Shown here: positions 51,473 through 63,688 of the stretch, one piece after another
Layout: the number at the start of each line of letters is the position of its first letter
How positions within the stretch are numbered: the stretch's first letter is position 1
NCBI GenBank assembly: GCA_030704615.1
Contig: CM060733.1
Coordinates: forward strand, 58,156,001-58,220,000
DNA from: Takakia lepidozioides
Lineage: Eukaryota; Plantae; Bryophyta
Reading direction: 5' to 3'
Length of the DNA stretch: 64,000 bases
Program-made: the position numbers and the translations under genes
The notes under the pieces: model-generated
What the model saw: only the letters and a program-made list of their open reading frames with translations
The model's database searches: none
What the model was told of the DNA's origin: nothing

Positions 51473-53010
51473 TACCTGGATAGTCATGCATTGTCCATAG
51501 CAAAAGTCCTCGGAAGAGAAAATAACGTTGGTCAGTGGGGGCTGATGCATCATAAGATGGAACTCCATTCCATAATATATTGAGTTCGTCAACCAATGGA
51601 CGCAGATACACATCCATATTCGCAACTTGTTTTTTCCCTACAACACAAATTATTTGCAATATATATAAGATCGTTTCAAATTCAAATAGAACAAATGATA
51701 TTCTTAGTTCCATATATATTCGACATTGTACTACCACGTACATCCTAAAGCAACAAAAAAGAGTTGTGTTATTCACCTGGCACAATGGCAGCCAACATGA
51801 TATGACCCTTCTTTGATAGCAAGATAAGGAGGGATGTTGTAGTTAACCAAAGTCACAGGCCATGTTGAATGGCTACTTGACTGGACTGAATGTGGGTTTA
51901 CACCATCCGTGGAGAAGCCGAGCCGAACATGTCTTGGATCGTCCTTCAAAAATTGCCATTGTTCCTTGGTGTGTTTCCATGCCGGCGAATCGTGAGGGCC
52001 GCACATCTTTCTGGGAGGGCTCCGATACTCCGCATGCCACTTCATGAGTTGGGCAAATGATGGACTCCGAAATTGTGCTTTCAAGCGCGGGATGACTGGA
52101 AAATAATGCATTTTCTAACCTCCCCCACAAACACAACAAATATATCAATATTTACTTTCTGTCATTTGGATCCACATATTGTACGTAAGAGAGGGGTATA
52201 TATTTGCAAAGGTTTGTATGTAGATATTTTGTAAAGTCTACATTAGTTGAAGGATTCATATAACCTATATGCATACCCTAATAATATCGGAATGATACAA
52301 CCTCTTAAACCCTACACCCTAAAATGATATATTAGTTGGTGGACACATGTATATATGTATATAAATATAAATGGCAGGAAAGAGAATATAAGAGAAATGT
52401 ACCTTTCGTGGGATCTTCTTTCCTTGAACATCATCTCGGTATCTAGATTTTTTGCACTTGGGACATGTGGTAGCACGCGCATCCTCTCCATAGTACAAGG
52501 TGCAATCACAAGGACATGCACGGAAAATTTTGTAGCCCATCCCCACTGTGTCTAGAACGTATCTTGCCTCTTTTCGAGAACGTGGCATTTTATGCTCCAA
52601 ATAGGGGGCGAGGATGTGGTCCGCAATTGTGCGCATGATTGCGGACATGCCAATGTTGCTTATGCCGAACCGGGATTGCAAATTAAGCAACAACAATATA
52701 GTGGAAAGTCGACTCACTTTTGCTCCTTTATACAAGGGTGTTTTTGCCTCGGCTTCCATTGGATTTGGGTCGGCATCTTCATCCAATGTGGCCGGGCGAG
52801 CCATATCCTCCCCAAGTGGTTCATTAACAAATCCTCCATGGCTCTCACATCGTCAGTGTCCATATTGTGTTCATTTTCCACCTCGTCACCGTCTTGGGCA
52901 ATATGGTCGTCTGGGCCTTGTTCTCCGCGGCCAATACCAGTATTGTTGTCCACCTCGGCCTGCGTGCCCCTTGGAGGGTTCGCTGACCTCATTTGCTCTT
53001 GTACTTGGAT
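51473..53010 (-). pseudogene. CACTA transposase (Transposase_21/Tnp2) N-terminal part
   Basis: EAKTPLYKGAKVSRLS, ACPCDCTLY...CPKCKKSRY, YFPVIPRLKAQFRSP, HDSPAWKH, DPRHVRLGFSTDGVNP, STWPV..NYNIPP, DVYLRPLVDEL, LLWTMHDYPG; introns; a probable first exon with CWCERC...H lies at about 54376-54787. Confidence 0.92.
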
Positions 53011-53172
53011 CTATAAATACATTCACAATTCATTTAATATACAATGGTTGGGAATTGTCCATTTGCATCCAAAAAATATATGTACATTGGTACATTCAGC
53101 CTAAAACCTAAACGCTAATCAACAATCCCTACCGGTGCCACAATAGGGGCCACGATATGTGTACATGACTAA

Positions 53173-53780
53173 TCAGTTTCCTTGGCGGCCGCGGAAGTGA
53201 CGCTTGTAACATTTGTCAAACTCGCTCCACTCCCAATGGACTCTCTCATCCCAAGCCTTATCAAAGAACTCATAAGAGGCGAACAACTCTGAACCGGCGG
53301 GAATCGTAGTACATGCACATGTCATAACAAAATTTGATATTGATTGTGCTAGCCTAACATCCGTGTCATGTCGCTCATTCCACAGTACATTGGTCATTTT
53401 AGGGTTACCAATTGAACTATTGATGAACCCTGCAACATTCCCAAACACATCGAGATCTCCGTCACATATGACCACATCGAGAACATTGACACAAAGACCA
53501 TAAGGTCTCACCCAAGGGGCTACCCGTCGCATTTGCGTCTAGTGGAACCACATGTAGTATGGGCCAAAGTAGGAAATAAGTCCATTGTCTGCCCTCTCCC
53601 TCTGCCCTCTGGAGGAATCACAATATCCTCCATTGCAAATAGCCCACGACCCATGGAAGGGTTGGTGGCGGCTTTCACACAATATCGCCGACCCCAAAAC
53701 TGAAATGGTTGGCTTTGAGGAATGGGGACCGGAGGCACTAGTGCACGCCAAAGGCTAGGCCTGAATGGTGTCTGCAACAT
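53173..53780 (-). pseudogene. SET-domain (lysine methyltransferase-like) coding region
   Basis: GRGLFAMEDI (from 53651), YFG, GNVAGFINSS, IPAGSELFASY in canonical SET order; frameshift near 53570 and TAG at 53539-53541. Confidence 0.78.
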
Positions 53781-54064
53781 CGTCCTAACTCCTTGTCAGT
53801 AACCCTAGGATCATCGGGCCGTCGTACCTCAACAACCGGTGGTGGCCTACACTTCCTAGGGGTCCGGGTGGACGTGCACGTGAGACACCTATGGGGGCTT
53901 GGAATTGGGAAGGGGCAGCTGTCCGAATATGTTGGAGTGACTGGTGATGTGAACTAGGAGGTGGAGTGATATGTGACTGATCGGGTGAGCAGCTGGGAGG
54001 TGATTGTGCACGGGGTGGACTCAAAAGTAGATGTGACTCATGGGCTGCTGTACTAATGCAAACT

Positions 54065-54300
54065 GGATGTGATAGAGGTGACTTCCATTACAGTATCAAT
54101 TACAAGTCATTTTCAAAGATAGATGTGATAGAGGTAACTTCCATTACAGACGTAACTTCCATGCATCTATCATAGATGTGATAGAGTTAACTTCCATTAC
54201 AGAGGTAACTTCCATTACAGAGGTAACTTCCATGCATCTATCATAGATGTGATAGAGGTAACTTCCATTACAGTATCAATTACAAGTCATTTTCAAACAT
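54065..54300 (+). repeat. Short complex tandem repeat (gatgtgatagaggtaacttccattacag)
   Basis: The aacttccat/gacttccat core recurs about 7 times. Confidence 0.8.
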
Positions 54301-55814
54301 CCGAGTACTTACAACAAATGTACGTCCTTATATACTAGCACAAAAAATGTTACAACAATGGGTTATAGAAGGCTCACCCTTGCTGCATCGGCAATCCCCC
54401 ATGTCTGATAGTGTTCATCCACAATATTGCCGCATCACGGGAACACCTCCAGGTGCCACTCGTGCCCAACACCGCTCGCACCAACACTCCACCCGAGGGG
54501 GTTTGTCCAAAGTGGCTCAACGAGGGCCTCGTGGCTCTAGACTAAGAGGCCTAGGACCTCGAGGTGGCAAGCTGGGACGTGGAACGGGATGCTCGAGGCC
54601 TTGTGCATGAATCACATGAGGCTCTCCAGGTACGTCCGCCAACCGCTCATCCCTACGTCGAGGCGTCTTGAAAGAGGTGGAAGTACATCAAGCATGCGGA
54701 CATCATTGTTGGAGGTGTTCTCGTCAGGTGGAACTACATTTCGATAATCATCCTCCATGATTGGCCGAGCCCGTGAGCGTACCATCACCTATAAAAAAAA
54801 TCCAAAAACCTCACTATTGAAATTGCACATCCAACTGATATATGAATTCTATGAAACAGGACGTCATGCTTTCAAAAAAGGTCCAACCCCCAGGAAGCGA
54901 CCACCCGGGGGTCGCAGGTACCATGCGACGGGATATGGGTGCCCACAACATCCGGCAGTACTAAAACCACCCAAGTCCTAAAAAGCGACCTCCAGGGGGT
55001 CGCATATAGAAAGGGACAAGAAATGGGTGCCCACACTAGCTAGCATCCCGCTCTAAAACTACTAAGTCCCCATAAGTGACCTCAAGGGGGTCGCTTCTAG
55101 AAAGCGACGGGAAATGGGTGCCCACACTACCAGCTAGCAATATCCGGCTCTAAAACTTCTAAGTCCCCAGAAGCGACCTCCAGGGATCGCTAATAGAAAG
55201 CGACGGGAAATGGGTGCATGCAGCTGCACTAAAAGCGACCCCCCCAGGGGGTCGCAGCTACACAGCGACGGGATTAACCTTTTACTAATTTCGATTTGCT
55301 TGATTACCGTCATTAATTAAAAAAAATTCAAAATCGTCAAGCGACCTCCTTCTCTCTCTCATGGCCCAGCTCCCTCTCCCTCTCCTCTTCACTCAGCTTG
55401 CAAGGTAGAACTTGAACAAGAGGCTGAGAGGTGCGGAGGTCACCTCGTCGTGGGGGAGCTCGGAGGAAGGCGCGCTTTGTGCGCCACTTGCTTTTTGCCG
55501 CGGCTGTGAATCTCCCAAGCTCCGACGTTGAGCTGCTCGCCCTCGGCCGTGCGTCTTCCGGAGGTGAGCTAGGGATCCCTTCTCTTTTGTTTACCTTGCT
55601 TTCCTTGCACCTTCAAACCCTCCCCTCTGTCTTCCTTTTCCTCGCAAGGCAAGCTCGCCGATTCCAGCTCCCCCACCTCTGTCGGTCTGTTAACTCGCAT
55701 GTGTGTGTGTGTGCTGCAGGGTAGGTCACCCGAGCTTGGCTTGCTTACCCCCGGCTGTCCTTCCCTAGCAAGCACCCTACAGCCACCCCACCCGAGCTTG
55801 GTTAGGTTTTCGAA

Positions 55815-56860
55815 TTTGGGTAATGGCACCCTCTCATTCTCTTACACTACCTCTCTATCAAGCAATTCGTAGCAACGGGGAGCTGACCACATTGGTGCGC
55901 GCAGCCACACCAGCCCACTTGGGCTTTATTTATTTTTAAATTTGGGTGATGGCAGACACCCTCTCTATCACGCATGCTCTCTGTCAAGCAATTCGCAGCA
56001 ACGGGGGGGGGGGGGGGGCTCGCCGCATTGGTGCGCGCAGCCACACCAGCGCACTCGGTCTTTTTGTTTTTCAAATTTGGGTGATGGCAGGCACCCTTTC
56101 TATCACGCATGATCTTTGTCAAGCAGCAGTAGCAAAGGGGGGGGGGGGGGGGGGGGGGGTTCGCAGCCACCCCAATCCACATGGTTTTTTTTTTTTGGAT
56201 TTTGGGTGATGCAGGCACTGTCTCTCTCTCCCTCACCACCTCTGTGCAGCAATTCGCAGCAAGGGGGGGCAATTCGCAGCCACCCCAGCCCACATGGGCT
56301 TTTGTTTTTTGGATTTTTGGTGATGCAGGCACCCTCTCTCTCTCACCACCTCTGTGCAACAATTCACAGCAAGGGGGGGGGGGGGATTTGCAGCCACCCC
56401 AACCCACATAGCATTTTTTATTTTTTATTTTTTCCCGATTTTGGGTGATGCAGGTACCCTCTCTCTCTCCCTCACCATCTCTGTCAAGCAATTCGCAGCA
56501 AGGGGGGGCTTGGCCGCACTTGTGCGCGCAGGCACCCCAGCCCAGATGGGTTTTTTTTTATAAAAGTTTTGATCAAAGATGCAGGCACCCTCTCTCTCCT
56601 TCACCATCTCTGTCAAGCAATTCGCAACAACGGGGGGCTGGCCGTGCTAGTGCGCGCAGGCACCCCAGCCCACATGGGCTTTTTTTTCAGTTATTTTTGG
56701 TGATGCAGGCACCCTCTCTCTCTCCCTCACCATCTCTGTCAAGCAATTCCCAGCAACGAGGGGACTAGCCGCGCTAATGCACGCATGCACCCCAGCCCAT
56801 ATGGGCTTTTTTTTTCGATTTTGGGTAATGCAGGCACCCTCTCCATCTGTCTCTCTCACG
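55815..56860 (+). repeat. Tandem repeat, about 9 units of 115-135 bp, with G-runs
   Basis: ttgggtgatgcaggcaccctctctct...caagcaattcgcagcaagggggg...caccccagccca units between the divergent CACTA-B genes. Confidence 0.88.
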
Positions 56861-57301
56861 ACCTACCTAATCACATTTGCCACGGGGAGCTGGCCATGGT
56901 GGTGCGTGCAACGACTGACCTCCGTGTCTCGCCCCCTCGCCCCACAGACGTTGGCTGCTTCTCTCTGGTCGCTGGTAGCTACCGTCTTCTTGCTCGGGCC
57001 TGGTACTCCTTGCCTCTGCCGCTGTGTTTTATGATTCAGGGCTCGTGAGAGAAGACTCATCATTAACGGCTACATTATTGTGTTTTCTTATTTTTTCGTA
57101 TTTATATTTGTATGTCCCATGGTCTGTATTTGGTGTAGTTTTTTACTTATTTATTGGTTTATTTGATGTTGATATATTGTAGTGTCTTTTCCAGTGTATA
57201 ATTCTTTTTTGCTCTATAAAAATCTATGTAATACTCTACAGTCTTCATTATGTTTTTTAGGATATTTTCTTTGAATTCATATGTTGTAGTTCATTTCAGA
57301 C

Positions 57302-58980
57302 ATGGCCAAGGATTCGGAGAAGACCCCTGCTGCAAAAAAAAGGAAAAAACCATAAGCAAACCCGTATCGCTCAAGTACACGAAAGAAATCTGGTTTGACC
57401 CCCCGGCCTTCCCCTCCTCCTGTGCTTGCTCCTTCATTTCATGAGCCCGAGAGTACCAGTGGCCCCCCCGAGCACCGTGTTGATGATGATGCCCCCCTCT
57501 TAGGCCAAGGTGTTGTAGTTGAAGTGGCTCTTGTGCCGGATACTACTGGTACTATTGATGAGTCCACCATTGGGCCTGCAGTATCTAGCGCTACCCTCTC
57601 TCCTTCGTTTGAAGCATTGTATACGGGTAATATAAAGATTTTTCAAGATGGTCCTAGGATGGGCCAATTGGACATTGCTCCTAGTGCTTCTCCAACCACC
57701 GAGGTTAGGAGGGTTATGACACGTCAACGGGATTTGCTGATCAATGCACAAGAGAGAGAGAGGGTGGAGAGGGGTCCCATACGTGGGGAGGTAGCCAGGC
57801 CGCTTGGCCCAAATGATGCTCTTGTTGAAAAATTGGGGAGTTCTTCATGGCATGATGCATCTCATGGTACCCAAGGCGCCTCTCCCGCTCATGTCCATGA
57901 TACCTCCATTGGTGGCCAGTCCTTGGCCAGGAAGGGCCTCACATTTGGCCAGCTCTCTGTTGTGACTCTAGCTAGTGGCAGTTGGGGTCAAGCCTCTCCT
58001 AAAGAGCAAGCACAACTCATGGCATCTTTGGCAGCAATGGGGGTTCCATTGCCATCAATGGGACAACTTTTGGCACCTGAACTCGAGGTGCCTGAGATGC
58101 CCGCGCTCAGGCCTAGGGATACAATCGCCTCGGAGCATCATGAGGCCAGTATCTCTCTTGCCATTTTGTTGTATTGCCTACTGCATTCTTTTTGTTTTTG
58201 TTGTTTTTATTTGGTTTGTGTACATGACTTGCAGAGATTGGCCAAGGGCCTCACAAAACCCATTGTAATTGCAGGATCCATTTGTGGACCCGGTGCCACG
58301 TGCCCTTGAGAGGGAAAACAAAGACAGTGGAAAAGCCCTTTAGCAAGAAGAAGAAGAAGCCTTGTATTGAGGATACCCCTCTCACAGTCGGAGAGTTGGG
58401 GGAGGGAGATATTGGAGAGGGTTCAGTAGAAGGAGAGCCTCCTAAGTGCAGGAAGAAGGGAGGGCTGGAGGTGCCTAAGAAGGTCCCACCTCTAGAGGCC
58501 AACAAGTATGGGTATCCAGTTGGAGAGTTTTGGGAAGCGTTGAGGAGGCATGCCTTTCCAAAAGCGGCCCGATGGTTCTCTTTACATGTACATTGGGATC
58601 AACAACCATGGGAGCACCGTAGGGGATTTGTAGCCGAATTGGAGAAGAAGTTTGGGGGTGGTTGGAGTGAGTCCCGCTTGATGGGGTTGATCTCTTTGGT
58701 ATGTCTTGCATAAACTAATTAAGGTTGTTTGTGATTGTGTAACATCGTAGGTTTGGGAGACACCCAAGCGTGGAGGAGGTAGAATTTGTCAAGAATGAAG
58801 GATATCCCGGGCTTCTTGAGCGCATCAAGACCCATAGGGCCCTCTCCGCGAAGAGTACAAAAAAGCGAAGTATTACTAGTAGCACTACGACCATAGAGTG
58901 ACCGATGTCGAGGATGAGGGCCAGACTATTGAGGATGAGGATGAGGATGAAGATGAGGGCGAGCGTGAGGGTATCTATTA
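57302..58980 (+). pseudogene. CACTA-B ORF2 (TnpA-position gene), disrupted
   Basis: Spliced low-complexity frames plus the globular-looking block NKYGYPVGEFW...WDQQPWEHRRGFVAELEKKFGGGWSE and an acidic tail; divergent from the transposase as in CACTA-A. Confidence 0.5.
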
Positions 58981-59239
58981 CTATAGAAGATGCATATTAT
59001 ATAATGCTTGTACATGATAGGAGCCTTGTTATGTTTTATTGATTATTTCTAGCAGCAGTTGTTTGTCGTCTAATTCGCAATGTCTCTCGCGGGCTTGCTT
59101 TGTTGTGGACATATAGGTTACATCTACAAAGAGGCTCTAGGAAGGTTCTCGGCCCCAAGAAAGGTACTACAATTTACAAGGCGACTGGCCAATGTGCAGG
59201 GGTAATATAAAGCAAATAAATAAAACAAGATGAAAACAT

Positions 59240-60325
59240 CATTTGAGGGGCGACCCCCTAGGGGTCGCTTTAGGATTCACCCAGGCATGCCCCTTCCCTT
59301 CGCCTGGAAACACTGACTCCCCTGTGGGTCGCTTTAGGGTGTGTTCTGCGCGTTGCTTATAAGCACCAACCCTTGGGGGTCGGTTTAGGATTAACACAAG
59401 CAAATCCGTCCACCGACCCCCTGGTGGTCGCTTTCTGCTCCCCAATAAGTGCCCGTGAACCGACTCCCTAGGGGTCGCTACTAGCGAGACCCCGGCCCAT
59501 CCATCCCCGTCGCTACGTAACTCCGACCCCCTGGGGATCGCACAGTGGTGATACCACGACCCCCGCCGTACCCGTCGCTACGTATTACCGATCCCATGGG
59601 GGTCGCACAGTGGCGATACAACGGCCTCTGCCATACCCGTCGCTATGTAACTCCGACCCTTTGGGGGTCGCACAGTGGCGATACCACGGCCCCCGCCATA
59701 CCCGTTGCTGGGTAACTCCGACTCCTTGGATGTCACAAAGTGACCATACCTCGGCCCCCGCCATACCCGTCGCTACGTATTACCGACCTCAAAGGGGTCG
59801 CATAGTGGCGATACCCGCTACCCCCGCCATACCCGTCGCTAGGTACCTACGACGGCTTTGGGGTCGCACAGTGGCGATACCTATGCCTACCCGCCAGACC
59901 CGTCGCTACGTAAATACGACGTTTGGGGGGTCGCATCACCTCCCGCCGCCGATAGCTTACTCCAACCCCCTTGGGGACGTCGCAACATGGCTATACCCCC
60001 GGAACCACCATGTCCGTCACTAGGTAAGTCCGACCCCCGTGGGGTCGGTCGGTATTCCGAACCTTTTAACTGTTTTCTTTTTATTAAAAAAAAATAACAA
60101 TGCAATCCCCTGGGGGTCACATGGGCAAAGCTCCACAACGTCAGACAAGGGGTCAATTAGAGGGGCCTGGTGTCGGGGCAATTCGGCGACCCCTTGGGGG
60201 TCGGTCTTAACTGCCTGATTTACCGACGCATTTTTAGCGATGCCTCAGGGTCGGTATTTGAGACTTGGCCGCGACGGCTTTAAACCCCCTTAACGACCTC
60301 AGGGAGGTCGATCAGGCGTCGCTAA
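59240..60325. repeat. CACTA-B right subterminal repeats (about 58-bp tandem units with GACCCC/GGGGTC palindromes)
   Basis: ccgccatacccgtcgctacgta...ggggtcgcacagtggcgata repeated about 8 times at 59500-60050. Confidence 0.85.
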
Positions 60326-60362
60326 CCCCCCCCCCCCCCCCCCTTTTATTGTTGTAGTGGTG

Positions 60363-60715
60363 TTTCATACTGCTAATGTTCATGTAGCTGATTTTAGGAA
60401 TCATTTTGCTACTCCCATGCCAACAACATCAGGTCCACTGGGACTGCCATATTCCGAATTCCGTATTAGCCACCACGGACATGAAACCAAGAACTGAGCA
60501 CAAAATCTCCAATTCATTCATTCAATTTATGGTGGGCCGTGGCTGCAGCCTGCAAGCTGGCCGGGGTGGCTGATATGTTTGTTTGAACATGACAGTCTTA
60601 GAGGACCTGATGTTGTTGGCATGGGAATAACAAAAAGAGTACTACAGAATTCAGCTAGAGGAACAACAATAGCATGAAACACCTTACCGTAAATATGATT
60701 GTTGACATTGATTGT
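60363..60715. repeat. Foldback element split by CACTA-B
   Basis: tcccatgccaacaacatcaggtcc versus ggacctgatgttgttggcatggga (24-bp perfect inverted match); the left arm continues at 47941-47975. Confidence 0.7.
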
Positions 60716-60782
60716 GACAGCTCCAATCAATAGAGAACTCGCACCATCAGTTGCGCTCCTGCAATAGTACCGGTCCCCCGAG

Positions 60783-61336
60783 TAAATAAAGTTCAATTGT
60801 AAATAATAAATTGCATATGCTCGAACCTCACAATGTCATTTCAACAAAAACCGGCCGTGTACTGTGTCACTGTTTGTATGTTCCAATGTTCCAACGTTTC
60901 TGACAAGGTTATGAGAAAAACGATGTATTGGTTCCGTATGAGTTAGACAACTTACGTTCCATATCTTATTCCCATGCGCGACACTACCATGTGAGGTATA
61001 AGTCAATAAATAACAGGTGTACATGCAACCTCGGGACGTTCTAGCAAAGCATTTGCTGGACCTAGTATCGAACGTTCGGACTTTGGAGGTCACATGTGCA
61101 CATGTTACTTACAGACTCATGCCTCATATGGTAGTGTCGCACATCCGAATGAGATGTGGGACATTAGTTGTTTAACTCGTACGGAACTAATACATTGTTT
61201 TCTCAGAACCCTATCAGCCATGTTGGAACATTACAAATATAAACAGTGAGACAATACACAAACCATTTATATTGCGATAACAAGTGGCAGGGTCGAACAT
61301 ATGCAATGTAGTATTTACAATGAGACTTTATTTATT
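60783..61336. repeat. Long degenerate inverted repeat (foldback/MITE-like), arms about 260 bp
   Basis: gcgacactaccatgtgagg/cctcatatggtagtgtcgc; gttccgtatgagttagacaac/gttgtttaactcgtacggaac; aataaagttcaattgtaaata/tatttacaatgagactttatt. Confidence 0.8.
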
Positions 61337-62324
61337 ACATGCACGATCAAAATTGAGTTCTGTCTTCATAAAAGAACCATTGTACCGTCACAAATCTCAT
61401 ATCTAAGGTAGTTACACCCAAATGTGAACATTTAAGCAGTGGGGCCCACTCAAAGGGTGCAGTTACAACCAAAATTACACGAGCATATTAGCAATTCAAC
61501 AATGAGTTTGTGATATCGATTGTAAAATTTTGGAATGAGTTGACTAATTAATATGAATTATCAAAGTCTACGTACACATCATCCCAAATCTGAGCAGTAG
61601 AGGGGGCTATAAAAGGACCAAAGTTGATACTAAAAAAGATTGTGTATGTGGCATGTCTTGCACGAGTTATGCACCTAAACTTAAATCCATTGACCAGCTA
61701 TCAGAGCCCATAAAGACACCTCAAAGCCTGGCCCACTAAAGCAAAATGAGTATCCTATGGTGTTGAAACCAATTAAAGTGTCTGACATTAATGAGGCCTG
61801 GTCAGCCCAAATTCAACTCCAAAATGTGTCAAACTGAAATTCGTCTCAATGAAAATGTGAGCAGGCGGATAGATAAGATAAATTTGCCCATGGTGTCGCT
61901 CACACGAAGTCCTTCCCTAACCTGTCATTTTGTGCACCCAGGTATCTCCTCGATTGGCCGACAACAGCTCTCGTCCTCCCGCCATTTTCATGGTCATCTT
62001 CTTCCATGTTGCTTCTCCTTCCCACCACCATGGCCCGCTGCTACAGACCTTTTACTCCATTGCAGGTGGTCCCACTCTTGATTGATGCGCCCATGGGGGA
62101 GAGATGAGGGTGAAACGGCTGCTGTCTTCGCCACGCTGCTTGGCCCGGCATTTGGCTATGGCCATTTTTTGATTGTGCTTGCACACGGCTGGAGCCCACC
62201 CGCAGAATGGGGGGACCCAAGCACCTGGTGGAGATGGAATGTTGTTTTTTATGGCTGCATGTAGTTTATCCGCGTTATCGAATGGACAGCTCTTGAACCA
62301 ACCTTGGCAAGCACAACAGCACCT

Positions 62325-63112
62325 CCATTTCTTGTTGTACATTTCTGTCAAATTAGCATAGAATGTTTGAACATTTTCAGGACATAGTCCCTTGGCTCTT
62401 CCATTCTCTCAAGTCCTTGAGCTACTCTGAGACTCAAGTGTGGATGTCTAGACCTGAACCATCTCACCCACCCCCAGCCAGGGATCCCTTTGTGTGAAAG
62501 GTGTGAGCCGTTCTTGAGTAACTTCTGCTACCTTGAGACGGAGTTGGGTCAGTGTCAATGGGTGACCACTATCTTGCATTTTTTCAATGTACTTCACTAG
62601 TTCGTCCTCCTCCTTGGCATCTAGCGTTCCCTTGCTACCTCTCTTCCTTGTCGTAGTAACTCCATACCAATGGTTTCGTAGACTAGTTGTAGGTACCCCA
62701 AACATGCGTGCCGCAGATCTGATGCCGTCCCCACGATCAACAGCTGCCATGGCTCCTTGGAGCTGCACATCAGTCCAGTTCCCGTTTTTATGTGGACGTG
62801 GTCCTCTTCTTGGTCGCCCTCCCGTCCTAGCAGGAACGTCTTCATTACTCTCCACATTGAAATTAGCTGGATCTGATGGTCCTTTTGTTGCATGTGTAGT
62901 TGTATCGATCATCACTTTAGGTGGAAACTCTTTTGTAGATCCATGACCAACTTGAAATTCAACATTGGAATCCTGCCCTTGGCCCCATTGATAATATTGA
63001 TCACTCTCGTCTTCACTTTGATTGCCCTCATTTGCTGCATGTTCACAACGCTCAAGAACGAAGAGCCGAATATTTGATAAGCATCATTCGTCGGATTTTG
63101 GATTTTCTCCAA
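62325..63112 (-). pseudogene. pogo-like (Tc1/mariner superfamily) transposase N-terminus: HTH_psq and CENP-B-type HTH
   Basis: WTDVQLQGAMAAV...IRSAARMFGVPTTSLR, EEDELVKYIEKMQDSGHPLT, then by frameshift PGWGWVRWFRSRHPHLSLR and RAKGLCPENVQTFYANL; no DDE core. Confidence 0.85.
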
Positions 63113-63159
63113 CTCTAAACAAGTCCAAGATTTTACCGCTCCTCGATAAACTTGGCGCT

Positions 63160-63173
63160 AGAGGAGGAGGTGA
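63160..63173 (+). promoter_or_regulatory. Polypurine tract
   Basis: AGAGGAGGAGGTGA directly before the TG of the 3' LTR; preceded by a short VQDF...DKLG remnant resembling a chromovirus pol C-terminus. Confidence 0.75.
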
Positions 63174-63688
63174 TGTCACGGACATAGCCTAGAGGAACTT
63201 ACCAGGAATAAATATCATAAGTTACCAAGTTACCGAAAGTTACCATGATTTATCATAAATTACCATTAGTCATCAAGTTACCGGGAAGAAACTTCTCCAT
63301 CAAGAAACCTTTGTTTAACCTTGGAAACTTCTCCATCAAAAAACCTCCATTGGGGAAGCTTATTAGGGAACTTCATAGTAGCCACTATATATATGAGGCG
63401 AGACTGGACACTCTTCAGTCTCGCCAACACAAGTTCAAGCTACTCTTGTTTCCAGTCCCAGTACTCCAGTTCAGCTTCCAGTACTCTAGCCCAGTTTCCA
63501 GTATCTGACAGTCTAGTCCAGTTTCCAACATTCTAGTATTCAAGTCGAATTCCAGTATCTTGTACTCTTGTCCATTGTTAAAAATATCATCTTGATTCAT
63601 GTTTTTCCCGCCGACCTTGGCTTCTTGTCTAGTCTTGTACCTCTAGTCTGATCTCTTGTTGTGTTCAATCATGTTCTCGTTTTTGACA
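63174..63688 (+). repeat. 3' LTR (515 bp)
   Basis: TGTCA...TGACA termini; homologous to 19465-20069 with indels. Confidence 0.92.

Larger units (their letters stand above)
47976..60359. mobile_element. CACTA/EnSpm element B (12.4 kb, rearranged, SET cargo)
   Basis: Left end TACTACTGCAAAAAGGGGGGG (CACTA with C to T), right end CCCCTTTTATTGTTGTAGTG; TSD GTG at 47973-47975 and 60360-60362; GCGACCCC/GGGGTCGC subterminal repeats; transposase inside. Confidence 0.88.
19465..63688 (+). mobile_element. Ty3/gypsy (Tcn1-like chromovirus) LTR retrotransposon expanded by about 40 kb of nested insertions
   Basis: Two same-orientation homologous LTRs; gag-pol follows LTR1; PPT precedes LTR2; flanks GGTAT/TGTAT (4/5 TSD match). 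RNase H and integrase are missing. Confidence 0.65.

Noticed and set aside
30697-53010. A single CACTA transposase split by an 18.6-kb insertion (the halves are nearly complementary)
   Set aside because: Each half lies in a different element with its own TIRs and TSD (ATT versus GTG), and CACTA-B has its own divergent C-terminal fragment.
55847-56859. ORFs up to 214 aa on both strands
   Set aside because: Translations of the tandem repeat and G/C runs with no domain signal.
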